Positions 18,400 to 26,989 are shown, numbered from the stretch's first letter. The stretch is 64,000 nt of DNA from a bacterium (GCA_018653315.1 JABIAL010000016.1:3433-67432), one strand, 5' to 3'. The notes: a model not told the origin generated them from the letters alone. Made by a program: numbers and translations.

Positions 18400-19005
18400 A
18401 TGCTTGAACAAATACTTGGTTCAACTATTCGTACAAAAATTATTAATTATTTTTGCTTGCATTTGGATGAGCAAATTTTTGTGCGTGAATTAACTAAGAA
18501 TTTAGGTGGCCAACTTAACTCTGTAAGACGAGAACTTGATAATTTGGTCAAATTTGGCTTGCTGAAATCCGAGATTAAGAAAGGTAAAAAGTCTTATTTT
18601 GCTAATAAAGACTTCGCTTTATTAAGTGAGTTGAAAAATCTAGTTTTTAAGGCAATTACCTTAGAAGAGATGCATATTGCTGATAAAATGTCTAAATTAT
18701 CTGGTCTTAGTTTGTTAATTTTTACTGGAAATTTGTCTAATATACCGACTAAGACCGATGTGTTGATCGTAGGTAAAGTAAAAAAGGCAGATTTCTATAA
18801 ATTTTTAGAGAAAATTGCTGAAGGGATGATAGAGAATTTACGCTATACCTTTATGTCTAAAAGTGATTATATCTATAGAGTGGAAATAACTGATAAGTTT
18901 ATTTATGATATTTTATCTCAAGAACATATTGTGATAGTTGATAAAATATCTAAAAATCTTAAGAAAAAACAATTAGATGAATTTGATTTTAAACATTTTA
19001 GATAA
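18400..19005 (+). CDS. winged-helix DNA-binding protein (putative transcriptional regulator)
   Basis: N-terminal wHTH-like segment (FVRELTKNLGGQLNSVRRELDNLVKFGLL). It is divergently arranged from the 16229..18340 gene. Confidence 0.45.
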   Translation: MLEQILGSTIRTKIINYFCLHLDEQIFVRELTKNLGGQLNSVRRELDNLVKFGLLKSEIKKGKKSYFANKDFALLSELKNLVFKAITLEEMHIADKMSKLSGLSLLIFTGNLSNIPTKTDVLIVGKVKKADFYKFLEKIAEGMIENLRYTFMSKSDYIYRVEITDKFIYDILSQEHIVIVDKISKNLKKKQLDEFDFKHFR

Positions 19006-19393
19006 TAATAGCGCTGAATGGATTTTGGTAGATGAGATAGAGAAAAAGCATCGATTTGCCATGCAGCAAGGCCAAGAAAATATTCTAGCTGAGCTAGATG
19101 TTTTTTTGGGTAAAGAAAAAGTAAAGTTAGGCGATATAGATGGTTTAGGTCTAGCTATAAAGCAAGCTAGCTTAACACAAGTTAAAGTACAGGTGACTAT
19201 TATCAATACCTTGGGTTGGCAATTAAACATATCCACAGTAGCTGATTTTTATTATAAAGATGACTTAAAGATAGAGGGTCTTGTAACTCAAATAAAGAAA
19301 CAAAAGCATTTTCAAGCAATTAAACCAGAATATCAGCGAGAAGCTGAAATAACGATAAGTAAAAAAACACCAAAATTTACTATAAGTAAATAA
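18977..19393 (+). CDS. short TsaB/YeaZ-like protein (Kae1/TsaD-fold N-terminal domain only)
   Basis: MNLILNILDNNSAEWILVD...ILAELDVFLGKEKVKLGDIDGLGLAIKQASLTQVKVQVTIINTLGWQLNI parallels the YeaZ N-terminus (M.ILAIDT....VALL....IL.......L....IDA.A...GPGSFTGVRIG...A.GLA..LN.). It is 138 aa and overlaps the previous ORF by 29 nt. Confidence 0.35.
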   Translation: MNLILNILDNNSAEWILVDEIEKKHRFAMQQGQENILAELDVFLGKEKVKLGDIDGLGLAIKQASLTQVKVQVTIINTLGWQLNISTVADFYYKDDLKIEGLVTQIKKQKHFQAIKPEYQREAEITISKKTPKFTISK

Positions 19394-19413
19394 ATTTAAT
19401 AAACATTATTTAG

Positions 19414-19440
19414 AAAACAGCTAAAGAGGCTGTTTTTTTA
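19414..19440 (+). terminator. intrinsic terminator
   Basis: aaacagc-taaagag-gctgttt followed by ttttt. Confidence 0.65.
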
Positions 19441-19459
19441 GTTTTCCACAGCATCTTGA

Positions 19460-19489
19460 TTGACACTGTGTATTATGGTGGAGTATAAT
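19460..19489 (+). promoter_or_regulatory. sigma70 promoter of the dcw cluster (TTGACA-18-TATAAT)
   Basis: ttgaca at 19460-19465 and tataat at 19484-19489. Confidence 0.55.
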
Positions 19490-19504
19490 GGTATTAATAA
19501 CCTA

Positions 19505-19525
19505 AAAAGTGGGGAAAAGTGGGGG
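19505..19525 (+). promoter_or_regulatory. candidate MraZ operator: tandem AAAAGTGGGG decamers (GTGGG repeats with 10-bp phase) between the promoter and mraZ
   Basis: aaaagtgggg-aaaagtggggg occurs directly downstream of the -10. Established MraZ operators are GTGGG-type direct repeats at 10-bp spacing. A third, degenerate gtgga lies at 19542. Confidence 0.45.
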
Positions 19526-19551
19526 ATTAATAATGGTAGCTGTGGATAAGT

Positions 19552-19983
19552 ATGTTTATTGGAGAGTACAACTACAATTTAGATGATAAAAATCGTTTAG
19601 CGGTACCGACCAAGTTTCGTAAATTTTTTAATGATGGGGCAATTATTACCAAAGGTTTAGATAATTGTCTATTTATTTATACTAAAAAAGAGTGGGATAA
19701 ATTAGTAAAACGTTTAGCTGATCTACCAATTAGCCAAGCTAAGTCTCGAGCATTTTCTCGTTTGATGTTAGCTGGAGCAATGGATGTTAATGTAGATAAA
19801 CAAGGACGAATGATAATGCCTGATTATCTCAAAAAGTTTGCTGGTTTAAATAAAAAGATAATTTTAGCTGGTTTGTATAATCGTTTAGAAGTTTGGGACG
19901 AGAAAGTTTGGAATAAGTATCAATCTGTTACAGATAAAGATAGTGGTGATATTGCCGAAGGCTTGGTTGATTTGGGTATTTAA
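19552..19983 (+). CDS. mraZ: transcriptional regulator MraZ
   Basis: NLDDKNRLAVPTKFRK plus a second DxxxR-type half (VNVDKQGRMIMP), and a 143-aa length. Confidence 0.9.
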   Translation: MFIGEYNYNLDDKNRLAVPTKFRKFFNDGAIITKGLDNCLFIYTKKEWDKLVKRLADLPISQAKSRAFSRLMLAGAMDVNVDKQGRMIMPDYLKKFAGLNKKIILAGLYNRLEVWDEKVWNKYQSVTDKDSGDIAEGLVDLGI

Positions 19984-19985
19984 TT

Positions 19986-20951
19986 ATGAATTCAGATTAT
20001 CAGCATCAGAGCGTGCTATTGGAGGAGGTAGTGCAGTTTTTACAGCCACAGAGCGGACAGCACTTTATTGATGGCACTTTGGGTGGTGGAGGACATACAG
20101 AAGCCTTATTAAAAAAGAATGGGCCAGAGGGCAAAGTTTTAGCTTTCGAACTTGATCAGCGAGCAATTAAGGCTTCAGAAAAAAGATTAAAAGATTATCA
20201 AGATAGATTGTTCATTATAAATAAAAGTTACGTTAATTTAAAAATAGAATTAGAAAAACTACATACAGAGCTACCGGTAATTCAGGGAATAATTTTTGAT
20301 CTTGGTCTATCATCAGATCAACTAGATAAAGCAGATAGAGGTTTTTCTTTTAAAGACGACGGACCATTGGATATGCGTTTTGATGATCAGAATCAAACTT
20401 TGACTGCAGCTGATATTGTCCTAACTTGGTCTGAAGATGATTTAATCAAAATCTTCCGAGAGTATGGCGAAGAACCAAAAGCCCGACGCCTGGCAACAGG
20501 CATCATTAAATATAGAAGTTCGTGGATAAAACAAAAACAAAAATTTACAACTTCCATGTTCGTCTCCGTCATACTCGGGATTTTGCATATAAAGAACACG
20601 GCACGCTTTAAAACTCATCCGGCTACACGTATATTCCAAGCATTGCGTATTGCTGTTAATGAAGAATTGACCAATGTAAAAGAGGTTTTACCGCAAGCCA
20701 TTGAAATATTACCAGTTGGTGGACGCTTGGTAGTTATTAGCTTCCATTCTTTAGAAGACCGGATAGTAAAGAGATATTTCAAAGAACAGGCAGCAACCTG
20801 TATTTGTCCAATAGACGCTCCAGTTTGTATCTGTGATAAAGAAGCAAAAGTAAAACGTATTACTAAAAAAGGTATTAAGCCAACAGAAGTAGAGGTTAAA
20901 AAGAATTGGCGTAGTCGTAGTGCAATATTAAGAGTAATAGAAAAAATTTAA
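19986..20951 (+). CDS. rsmH: 16S rRNA (cytosine1402-N4)-methyltransferase
   Basis: HQSVLLEEV, FIDGTLGGGGHTEALL and FDLGLSSDQLD motifs. Confidence 0.9.
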   Translation: MNSDYQHQSVLLEEVVQFLQPQSGQHFIDGTLGGGGHTEALLKKNGPEGKVLAFELDQRAIKASEKRLKDYQDRLFIINKSYVNLKIELEKLHTELPVIQGIIFDLGLSSDQLDKADRGFSFKDDGPLDMRFDDQNQTLTAADIVLTWSEDDLIKIFREYGEEPKARRLATGIIKYRSSWIKQKQKFTTSMFVSVILGILHIKNTARFKTHPATRIFQALRIAVNEELTNVKEVLPQAIEILPVGGRLVVISFHSLEDRIVKRYFKEQAATCICPIDAPVCICDKEAKVKRITKKGIKPTEVEVKKNWRSRSAILRVIEKI

Positions 20952-20971
20952 AATAAAAAACAAAAACAAAA

Positions 20972-21283
20972 ATGAAATTTATCAAATTACAAACAATCTT
21001 TCCATTTATGCATAAGATAAAAAAATTATCGTTAGTAGGTTTAGTTTGTTTGTGGCTAGTTTACATGGTATCTATTAATCATGCTGCTAATCAAAGTTTT
21101 GAAGTGGATAGTTTTAAACAAGAAATTAAAGGATTAGAACATAATATTTTGGTATTAAACGTAGAGGCAACTAGCCTGCAAACTATTGAAAGAATTGAAG
21201 ATATGAGTAAAGGTTTAAGTTTTGTACAGACAGAAGATATTTATTATTTGACCGACAGCAAAGAGGCAATGGCTCTAAGATAA
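20972..21283 (+). CDS. ftsL: FtsL-like cell-division membrane protein
   Basis: 103-aa single-TM protein with a coiled-coil tail at the canonical position between rsmH and ftsI. Sequence support is weak. Confidence 0.45.
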   Translation: MKFIKLQTIFPFMHKIKKLSLVGLVCLWLVYMVSINHAANQSFEVDSFKQEIKGLEHNILVLNVEATSLQTIERIEDMSKGLSFVQTEDIYYLTDSKEAMALR

Positions 21284-21293
21284 TTTATTTATA

Positions 21294-23132
21294 ATGTATT
21301 TTACCAGACGAAATAATAACCGGTATTTAATTAGTAATTTTCGTATTAATATCCTACAGTGGGTTATTTTTTTGTTAGTTATGTCCATTATTGGGCGTCT
21401 TTTTTATTTACAAATTTTACAACACGATAAATATACGCAAATAGCAGCTAGACAACATCAGGCCATAGAGAATATTTTACCAGAAAGAGGAGAGATTTTT
21501 GCCTTAACTAATAATAAGCAAGATAGCGGATATTATCCTTTGGCAATTAATCAGATTACTTATGAGGTTTATGCCAATCCAACAGAAATAATCCGACCAC
21601 AAAATATTACAGATATTTTGGTAGAGGTTTTAGAGCTTGATTCTGTCTTCGACTCCGAGGTCGCTCAGACTCGAGGAGAACTTATTTTAGATAAATTAAA
21701 AAAAGGCAATGACAAATATGAAGGAATAAAAAAGAATGTTACGGAAAGTCAGGTTAAAAATTTGGAAGAAAAATTAGCTGTACTTATTGATGATATTAAT
21801 ATTAATAAATTAGAAAAAGATAAAGTTTATACAGCTGGCATTCATTGGAACAAAGAAATATTGCGATATTATCCAGACAAAGAAATTGGTGCACATATTT
21901 TGGGATTTTTAGGTTATGATCAAGATGGTGTTAATAGAGTTGGTAAATATGGCGTAGAAGGATTTTGGCAGGAAGAATTAGCAGGCACTGGTAGCCAAAT
22001 GATCGCCGATCGAGCTGGCGGAGGTCGTTTGTTGCCATTTTCTAGTTTACAAGCATATGCCAAAGATGGTGCGGATTTGGTTTTAACCATTGATCGCACT
22101 GTTCAATACCAGGCCTGTAAGTCATTGGAAAAAGCAGTGGCTTTGTATGATGCAGAAGGTGGTAGTGTGCTCATCATGGAAACTGACACCGGAGCTATTC
22201 GAGCGATGTGCACTTTCCCTAGTTTTGATCCTAATCAATATAATCAGGTAGAAACGGTTGATGTATATAATAATCAAGCAGTCTATCATGCTTATGAACC
22301 GGGATCAGTGATGAAAGCTGTAGCTATGGCTATTGCTATTGATACTGGTAAAGTAACAGCAGATACTATTTATGAAGATAAGGGTGAAATAAAATTTGCC
22401 GGTGGTTTTACTGTTAGAAATTCAGACCGCAAGGCTCATGGTATGGTCGATATGACAGAAGTATTAGCTGCCTCTTTGAATACGGGTGTTATTTTTGCTA
22501 CTCAAGATATTAAAAATAAAATATACGAAAATTATATGGAGAAATTTGGTTTTGGCCAAATAACTGGTTTATCAATTTCTCAAGAAAGCAAAGGAGATAT
22601 TTTCTCTTTGTCTAAACGAGGTGATACATATAAAGCCACTGCTTCTTATGGTCAAGGTATTACAGCTACACCTTTGCAAATGTTAAATTCTTTCAATGCT
22701 TTAGCTAATCGTGGTAATTTAGTGCAACCGTATTTAGTTGAGCAAGTAAAATTTAGTAATGGTAAAATCGATGGTGTTGAGCCAAAAATTATTCGCAAGG
22801 TAGTAAGTGAAAGTACGGCAGCTACCTTAGCAGCTATGTTGGTACAAGTGGTAGATAGTGGCCATGCTGGTAAGGCAGCTGTGCCTGGATATTATGTGGC
22901 TGGTAAAACAGGAACTGCTCAAGTAGCCGATCCAGAAACAAAAGGATATTCAATAGATAAGACTATTCATAATTTTATTGGTTTTGCACCAGTGGAGAAT
23001 CCAAAATTTACTATGATCACCAAGTTAGATTTTCCAACAGCAGCTAGATTTTCAGCTGATACAGCTGCGCCATTATTTGGCGAAATTGCTAAATTTCTGC
23101 TAGAATATTACCAGATTCCACCAAATCGTTAG
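21294..23132 (+). CDS. ftsI: penicillin-binding protein (FtsI/PBP2-type D,D-transpeptidase)
   Basis: N-terminal TM segment, then SxxK (SVMK), SxN (SLNTG) and KTG (KTGTA) motifs. Confidence 0.85.
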   Translation: MYFTRRNNNRYLISNFRINILQWVIFLLVMSIIGRLFYLQILQHDKYTQIAARQHQAIENILPERGEIFALTNNKQDSGYYPLAINQITYEVYANPTEIIRPQNITDILVEVLELDSVFDSEVAQTRGELILDKLKKGNDKYEGIKKNVTESQVKNLEEKLAVLIDDININKLEKDKVYTAGIHWNKEILRYYPDKEIGAHILGFLGYDQDGVNRVGKYGVEGFWQEELAGTGSQMIADRAGGGRLLPFSSLQAYAKDGADLVLTIDRTVQYQACKSLEKAVALYDAEGGSVLIMETDTGAIRAMCTFPSFDPNQYNQVETVDVYNNQAVYHAYEPGSVMKAVAMAIAIDTGKVTADTIYEDKGEIKFAGGFTVRNSDRKAHGMVDMTEVLAASLNTGVIFATQDIKNKIYENYMEKFGFGQITGLSISQESKGDIFSLSKRGDTYKATASYGQGITATPLQMLNSFNALANRGNLVQPYLVEQVKFSNGKIDGVEPKIIRKVVSESTAATLAAMLVQVVDSGHAGKAAVPGYYVAGKTGTAQVADPETKGYSIDKTIHNFIGFAPVENPKFTMITKLDFPTAARFSADTAAPLFGEIAKFLLEYYQIPPNR

Positions 23133-23135
23133 ATT

Positions 23136-24395
23136 ATGAAGAAAATACTATATTTTACCCTAAAATTGCTAAGTATAGCGGTAATTAAGAAATATCAGCC
23201 CAAAATCATTGGGATTACTGGTAGCGTCGGAAAAACCTCTTCAAAAGAGGCGATTTTTTCTGTTATAAAGAAAAATTGGCGAGTTCGACGTAGTATCAAA
23301 AACTATAATAACGAGATTGGTGTGCCATTAACTATTTTAAATCAAGACACTGGTGGTAAGAGTATTGTAGCTTGGATTAAGATTGTGATTGCTGGCTTGA
23401 AGCTATTAGTGTTTAAAAATAAAAAATATCCTCAGATTTTAGTATTAGAAATGGGAGCAGATAAGCCAGGTGATATAAAATATCTCACATCAATTGCTCC
23501 GCCAGATATTTCAGTTCTAATAGCTATTGGGCGTAGTCATTTACAGAATTTTGGTAAAATTGAAGAAACAGCAAAAGAAAAGGCTAGCATTTTAACACCT
23601 TTAACAAAAAAAGGCTTTGCTATTTTAAATAATGATGATAAAAGAGTAGCTGCTTTAGCTGAACAAACAAAAGGAAATGTTTTGACTTATGGCAAGTCAG
23701 AAGATAGTGATATTCAAATTGACAATATTAAAATTATTAAACAAAAACATATTTACGGTACATCTTTTGATTTAAATTTTGAAGGAGGTACTTGGCCAGT
23801 ATTTTTACCACAAGTATTAGGCAAGCAACATGCCTTAGCTATCGCGTCAGCTTGTACTGTTGGGTTAGCTTTAGGCATGGATCCAGAAAGTATTATTAAG
23901 AACTTGGCTCATTATCAGGCGGCACGTGGTCGGACAAATGTGTTACTTGGAATAAAAAATAGTTTAGTAATTGATGATTCTTATAATTCATCGCCGATGT
24001 CTTCTAAAATGGTAATAGATACTTTAGCTGAAATGAAAACAGAGGGCAGTAAGATAATAGTTTTTGGCGATATGCTAGAATTAGGAGCTTCTACTGAAGA
24101 ACAACATCAAAAGATTGGTAAATATATAGCAGATACAGATGTTGATTATTTATTTGTAGTTGGTGAAAGAGCTAGAGATGTTCGTCGAGGTGCTATCAAG
24201 GCTGGTATGAGTGAGGATAAGATTTATCATTTTCCTTCTACTACACAGGCTGGTTTATTTTTGCAAGATCGCATCAAAGAAGGAGATGTGATTTTGGTCA
24301 AAGGCTCACGAGGCATGAAGATGGAGCAGGTCGTTTATGAGATCATGGCCAGACCTTGGGAGGCTGATGATTTTTTGGTTGGCCCAGTAAGATAG
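23136..24395 (+). CDS. murF: UDP-N-acetylmuramoyl-tripeptide--D-alanyl-D-alanine ligase
   Basis: GITGSVGKTSSKE P-loop, the Mur-ligase central/C-terminal pattern (DDSYNSSP, GDMLELG), and its position in the dcw cluster. Confidence 0.8.
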   Translation: MKKILYFTLKLLSIAVIKKYQPKIIGITGSVGKTSSKEAIFSVIKKNWRVRRSIKNYNNEIGVPLTILNQDTGGKSIVAWIKIVIAGLKLLVFKNKKYPQILVLEMGADKPGDIKYLTSIAPPDISVLIAIGRSHLQNFGKIEETAKEKASILTPLTKKGFAILNNDDKRVAALAEQTKGNVLTYGKSEDSDIQIDNIKIIKQKHIYGTSFDLNFEGGTWPVFLPQVLGKQHALAIASACTVGLALGMDPESIIKNLAHYQAARGRTNVLLGIKNSLVIDDSYNSSPMSSKMVIDTLAEMKTEGSKIIVFGDMLELGASTEEQHQKIGKYIADTDVDYLFVVGERARDVRRGAIKAGMSEDKIYHFPSTTQAGLFLQDRIKEGDVILVKGSRGMKMEQVVYEIMARPWEADDFLVGPVR

Positions 24396-24495
24396 TTGAC
24401 TTTTAGTAGTTTTTTTGTTAAAAATATTCACTCAAGGTCCCTCCGCCTTCGCTAAGGCTTCGGCGAGATAGGGCACTTAGTATGATTTAAATTTA

Positions 24496-24570
24496 GGTCC
24501 CATCGTCTAGTGGCTAGGACGCCAGGTTCTCATCCTGGTAACCGGAGTTCGATTCTCCGTGGGATCACCA
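24496..24570 (+). tRNA. tRNA-Glu (anticodon CUC), CCA encoded
   Basis: Manual cloverleaf: acceptor ggtccca/tgggatc; D-stem gtct; anticodon stem ccagg/cctgg with loop ttCTCat; T-loop ttcgatt. Confidence 0.85.
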
Positions 24571-24640
24571 CTCGACTTCGCTCGTGGTCTTCGACCATAA
24601 AAATTTAGTGTCCTGAGCGAGTGAAACGAGTCGAAGGGCA
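24571..24640 (+). repeat. GC-rich tRNA 3'-trailer element: ctcgacttcgctcg ... gtcctgagcgagtgaaacgagtcgaagggc
   Basis: A member of a recurring motif pair (CTTCGACT.CGCTCAG and inverted GTCCTGAGCG..AGTCGAAGGGC) found immediately 3' of five tRNAs in this window. Confidence 0.6.
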
Positions 24641-24665
24641 AACAGCTATTGTAACTGTTTTTTAA
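24639..24665 (+). terminator. intrinsic terminator after tRNA-Glu
   Basis: aaacag-ctattgtaa-ctgttt followed by ttt. Confidence 0.5.
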
Positions 24666-24937
24666 ATTGACAATGCAGTATCTTTATGGTTTTCTTAATA
24701 TATTATTTGTTATAAAAATATCTTACGAAATTTAAATATTTTATGAAAATGGAAAGAATGTCTTTGGAGAATAATATAGACAATTTAGATCAGGAGGAGG
24801 TTATTGCTTCTGAAGAGGAGGTCGTTGTTGATCAAGCAGAAGTAGAAGTAAAAAAAGAAGAGTTAGAATTGAATCCGGAGAAATTGATAGCAGAAGAAAA
24901 GACATTGTTAGATGTATTTAGAGGAAGGTCTGCTGGT

Positions 24938-26365
24938 ATGGCAAAAGTGCTAACTTTAACTACAGCTTTAATACTTGGTTCAAAATTTGCTCAAGATGCT
25001 CATGCGGAAACACCAGAGACACAAGTCACAGAACAAACAGATGAACAAAAAGAGAAACAAGAGTTTTATAGTTTAGAATTTCGAGATGACGTTGAAAACC
25101 AATTAGATGTCATAGATAAGATAAAATTAATTCGTTTTGTAGTTGTCCATGATAATGAAACAGAGTCTATTATTTTTTCACCAGAAGAATTGCAAAATAA
25201 TCCAACTTTGAGTGTTGAAGGTTATGTTGCTAATGTAATGGTTCTTGGTGACGATGGAATAGAGGTTAGCTTGAATGGTCAAGGTAGTAAAAAAATTGAT
25301 AGAGATCACGATGAAGATTATTTGATACTAGGAGGAACATGTGTACATCCTGAAGAATTGCAGACAGATGAATACTCAGAGGATTTTTTTCATGATCTTA
25401 TAACCAAATCAGAACTTACAGCAGATGAACATGGGAGCACCTATTTGTCTGGAGGACATTATTTTGGACTAGCTACATCAATGGGTTATCTTGGGGAACC
25501 AGTAAACGATGATCAAAATAATATTCTTAAATTTAAAACAAATGATGGGACTTATTCATTTCCAATTAATCAGCATGTTTTTCAAGAATTTGAGCCAGAT
25601 AATATTGAAGACAGTGGAAGAGGTGGTGATTTAGTTTTTGAGTATTTGGGCAATCGTCCAGATCGTATCTCTAATGATGAAGGTGTAGATGAACACATAC
25701 AAGCAATAACTAATGCAATTACCAGAGTTGAGTCGATTTCAGGTTCAAATTTAATAGATAGGGTACGTTTTATAGATTATAATGCGGACAATGCTTTTGC
25801 TGCTCATTATGAAAAAGAGATGACATTTACAATGGATCATTTGGAAGGGAATGATGTTGAAGAAAGCGCAGCAACAGCTGAACATGAGATATTACATAAA
25901 TATGTTGATCAAAAGAAATTTACAGATGATCCAGAAATTAGAACTTTATTTGCAGATTTAAAGGGGTATACTAGTAATAAGAAAACAAGGATAATAAATA
26001 ATGGATGGATTCCTTTTGATGGATTTAATGAAGATTATGATAATAAAATCTTTTTTGATTTCATTGATGAAAAGAGTTTTCTTGGTAGAGGAGGAGGTCA
26101 TTCCAAAGATAATGTCTGGGAGTTTTGCACTTCTTTTATTCATTCCTTAATGTATTTAGATCGCTTAGATGATAATCTACAGGAAATTGGTGATGAAGAA
26201 GAACGTATGAGTGTTTTAGATAATTATATACATACTACTCAGGTTGTGTTAGACAATGTTAGAAATTTACCAGTGATTGGTAAACTTTATGACAACAGAG
26301 AAGAAAAGTTTTTAAAAGATAAATTAGAGCAGATGAAACAACTTAGAGGTAAATTAAATAAATAA
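24938..26365 (+). CDS. secreted hypothetical protein with a HExxH motif (candidate zinc metallopeptidase)
   Basis: Classical signal peptide MAKVLTLTTALILGSKFAQDAHA|ET with an RBS (gaggaagg, 9 nt upstream). HEILH sits in the mature part. The same frame stays open upstream to 24743, where an acidic 65-aa extension gives an alternative start. Confidence 0.5.
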   Translation: MAKVLTLTTALILGSKFAQDAHAETPETQVTEQTDEQKEKQEFYSLEFRDDVENQLDVIDKIKLIRFVVVHDNETESIIFSPEELQNNPTLSVEGYVANVMVLGDDGIEVSLNGQGSKKIDRDHDEDYLILGGTCVHPEELQTDEYSEDFFHDLITKSELTADEHGSTYLSGGHYFGLATSMGYLGEPVNDDQNNILKFKTNDGTYSFPINQHVFQEFEPDNIEDSGRGGDLVFEYLGNRPDRISNDEGVDEHIQAITNAITRVESISGSNLIDRVRFIDYNADNAFAAHYEKEMTFTMDHLEGNDVEESAATAEHEILHKYVDQKKFTDDPEIRTLFADLKGYTSNKKTRIINNGWIPFDGFNEDYDNKIFFDFIDEKSFLGRGGGHSKDNVWEFCTSFIHSLMYLDRLDDNLQEIGDEEERMSVLDNYIHTTQVVLDNVRNLPVIGKLYDNREEKFLKDKLEQMKQLRGKLNK

Positions 26366-26366
26366 T

Positions 26367-26636
26367 ATGGATTTTAACATTATTAAAATTAAAGCGTTGA
26401 TTTTGAAATCAGGTCTTAGTGAAGAAGATCAGCAAAGTCTCTTAAGTTTGTTTGCTCAGGCAAAAGATGGAGATTTAAAAGAAGCTGTGAAATTATTTGA
26501 AAATGACCTGGAAAATGTTAAAATAATGGATGACGTATATAAAGCCAAGCTAAAGGTTTTTGAAAATAAAGATAAAAAAGGATGGAGAGAAATTTTAGAA
26601 GAAGAGCGTAGGAGCTTAGAAGAGATGGAAGAATAG
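26367..26636 (+). CDS. hypothetical small charged protein
   Basis: 89-aa ORF immediately after the previous stop (coupled). Confidence 0.4.
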   Translation: MDFNIIKIKALILKSGLSEEDQQSLLSLFAQAKDGDLKEAVKLFENDLENVKIMDDVYKAKLKVFENKDKKGWREILEEERRSLEEMEE

Positions 26637-26704
26637 ATTTATTGGGTTAATTTAAAAAAGAACTCAGATATTTACCTGAGTTCAAAGTCATAAAGAGGAG
26701 TGTA

Positions 26705-26875
26705 TTAAATAGTAACACTTCGTTGCCAATCTTCTTGCGTTGGATTTTGTGCATCATCCAAAGCTTTTAGTCGTTTTTTTAGACGAGGCATTGCAAGTTT
26801 TAGGCGTAGACTCGCAGCTTCTATTTCTTCAGGAGAAAGAAGTTGTTTTTTTAGTTTTTCTTTATTTTTAGGCAT
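26705..26875 (-). CDS. small Lys/Leu-rich protein (57 aa) not in the ORF track
   Basis: ATG preceded by AAGGAG (taaaaggagtagctcATG). Translation: MPKNKEKLKKQLLSPEEIEAASLRLKLAMPRLKKRLKALDDAQNPTQEDWQRSVTI. It is followed on its own strand by a hairpin (gaactcag/ctgagttc, 26659-26682) plus a T-run. Confidence 0.4.
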   Translation of the reverse strand: MPKNKEKLKKQLLSPEEIEAASLRLKLAMPRLKKRLKALDDAQNPTQEDWQRSVTI

Positions 26876-26930
26876 GAGCTACTCCTTTTAATGTACAGAT
26901 TTAGTTTAATTATACATAATATTAATAACA

Positions 26931-26959
26931 TTGACAAAACAAGCTTTCTTAACTATAAT
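26931..26959 (+). promoter_or_regulatory. consensus sigma70 promoter (TTGACA-17-TATAAT) of the suf operon
   Basis: ttgaca at 26931-26936 and tataat at 26954-26959. Confidence 0.6.
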
Positions 26960-26979
26960 CAAGTCGCTTATAGTTAAGA
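26947..26979 (+). promoter_or_regulatory. perfect 10-bp inverted repeat (cttaactata-N13-tatagttaag) overlapping the -10; candidate Rrf2/IscR operator
   Basis: Seen directly. Rrf2 regulators typically autoregulate via palindromes that overlap their promoters. Confidence 0.45.
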
Positions 26980-26989
26980 AACAGTTAAT

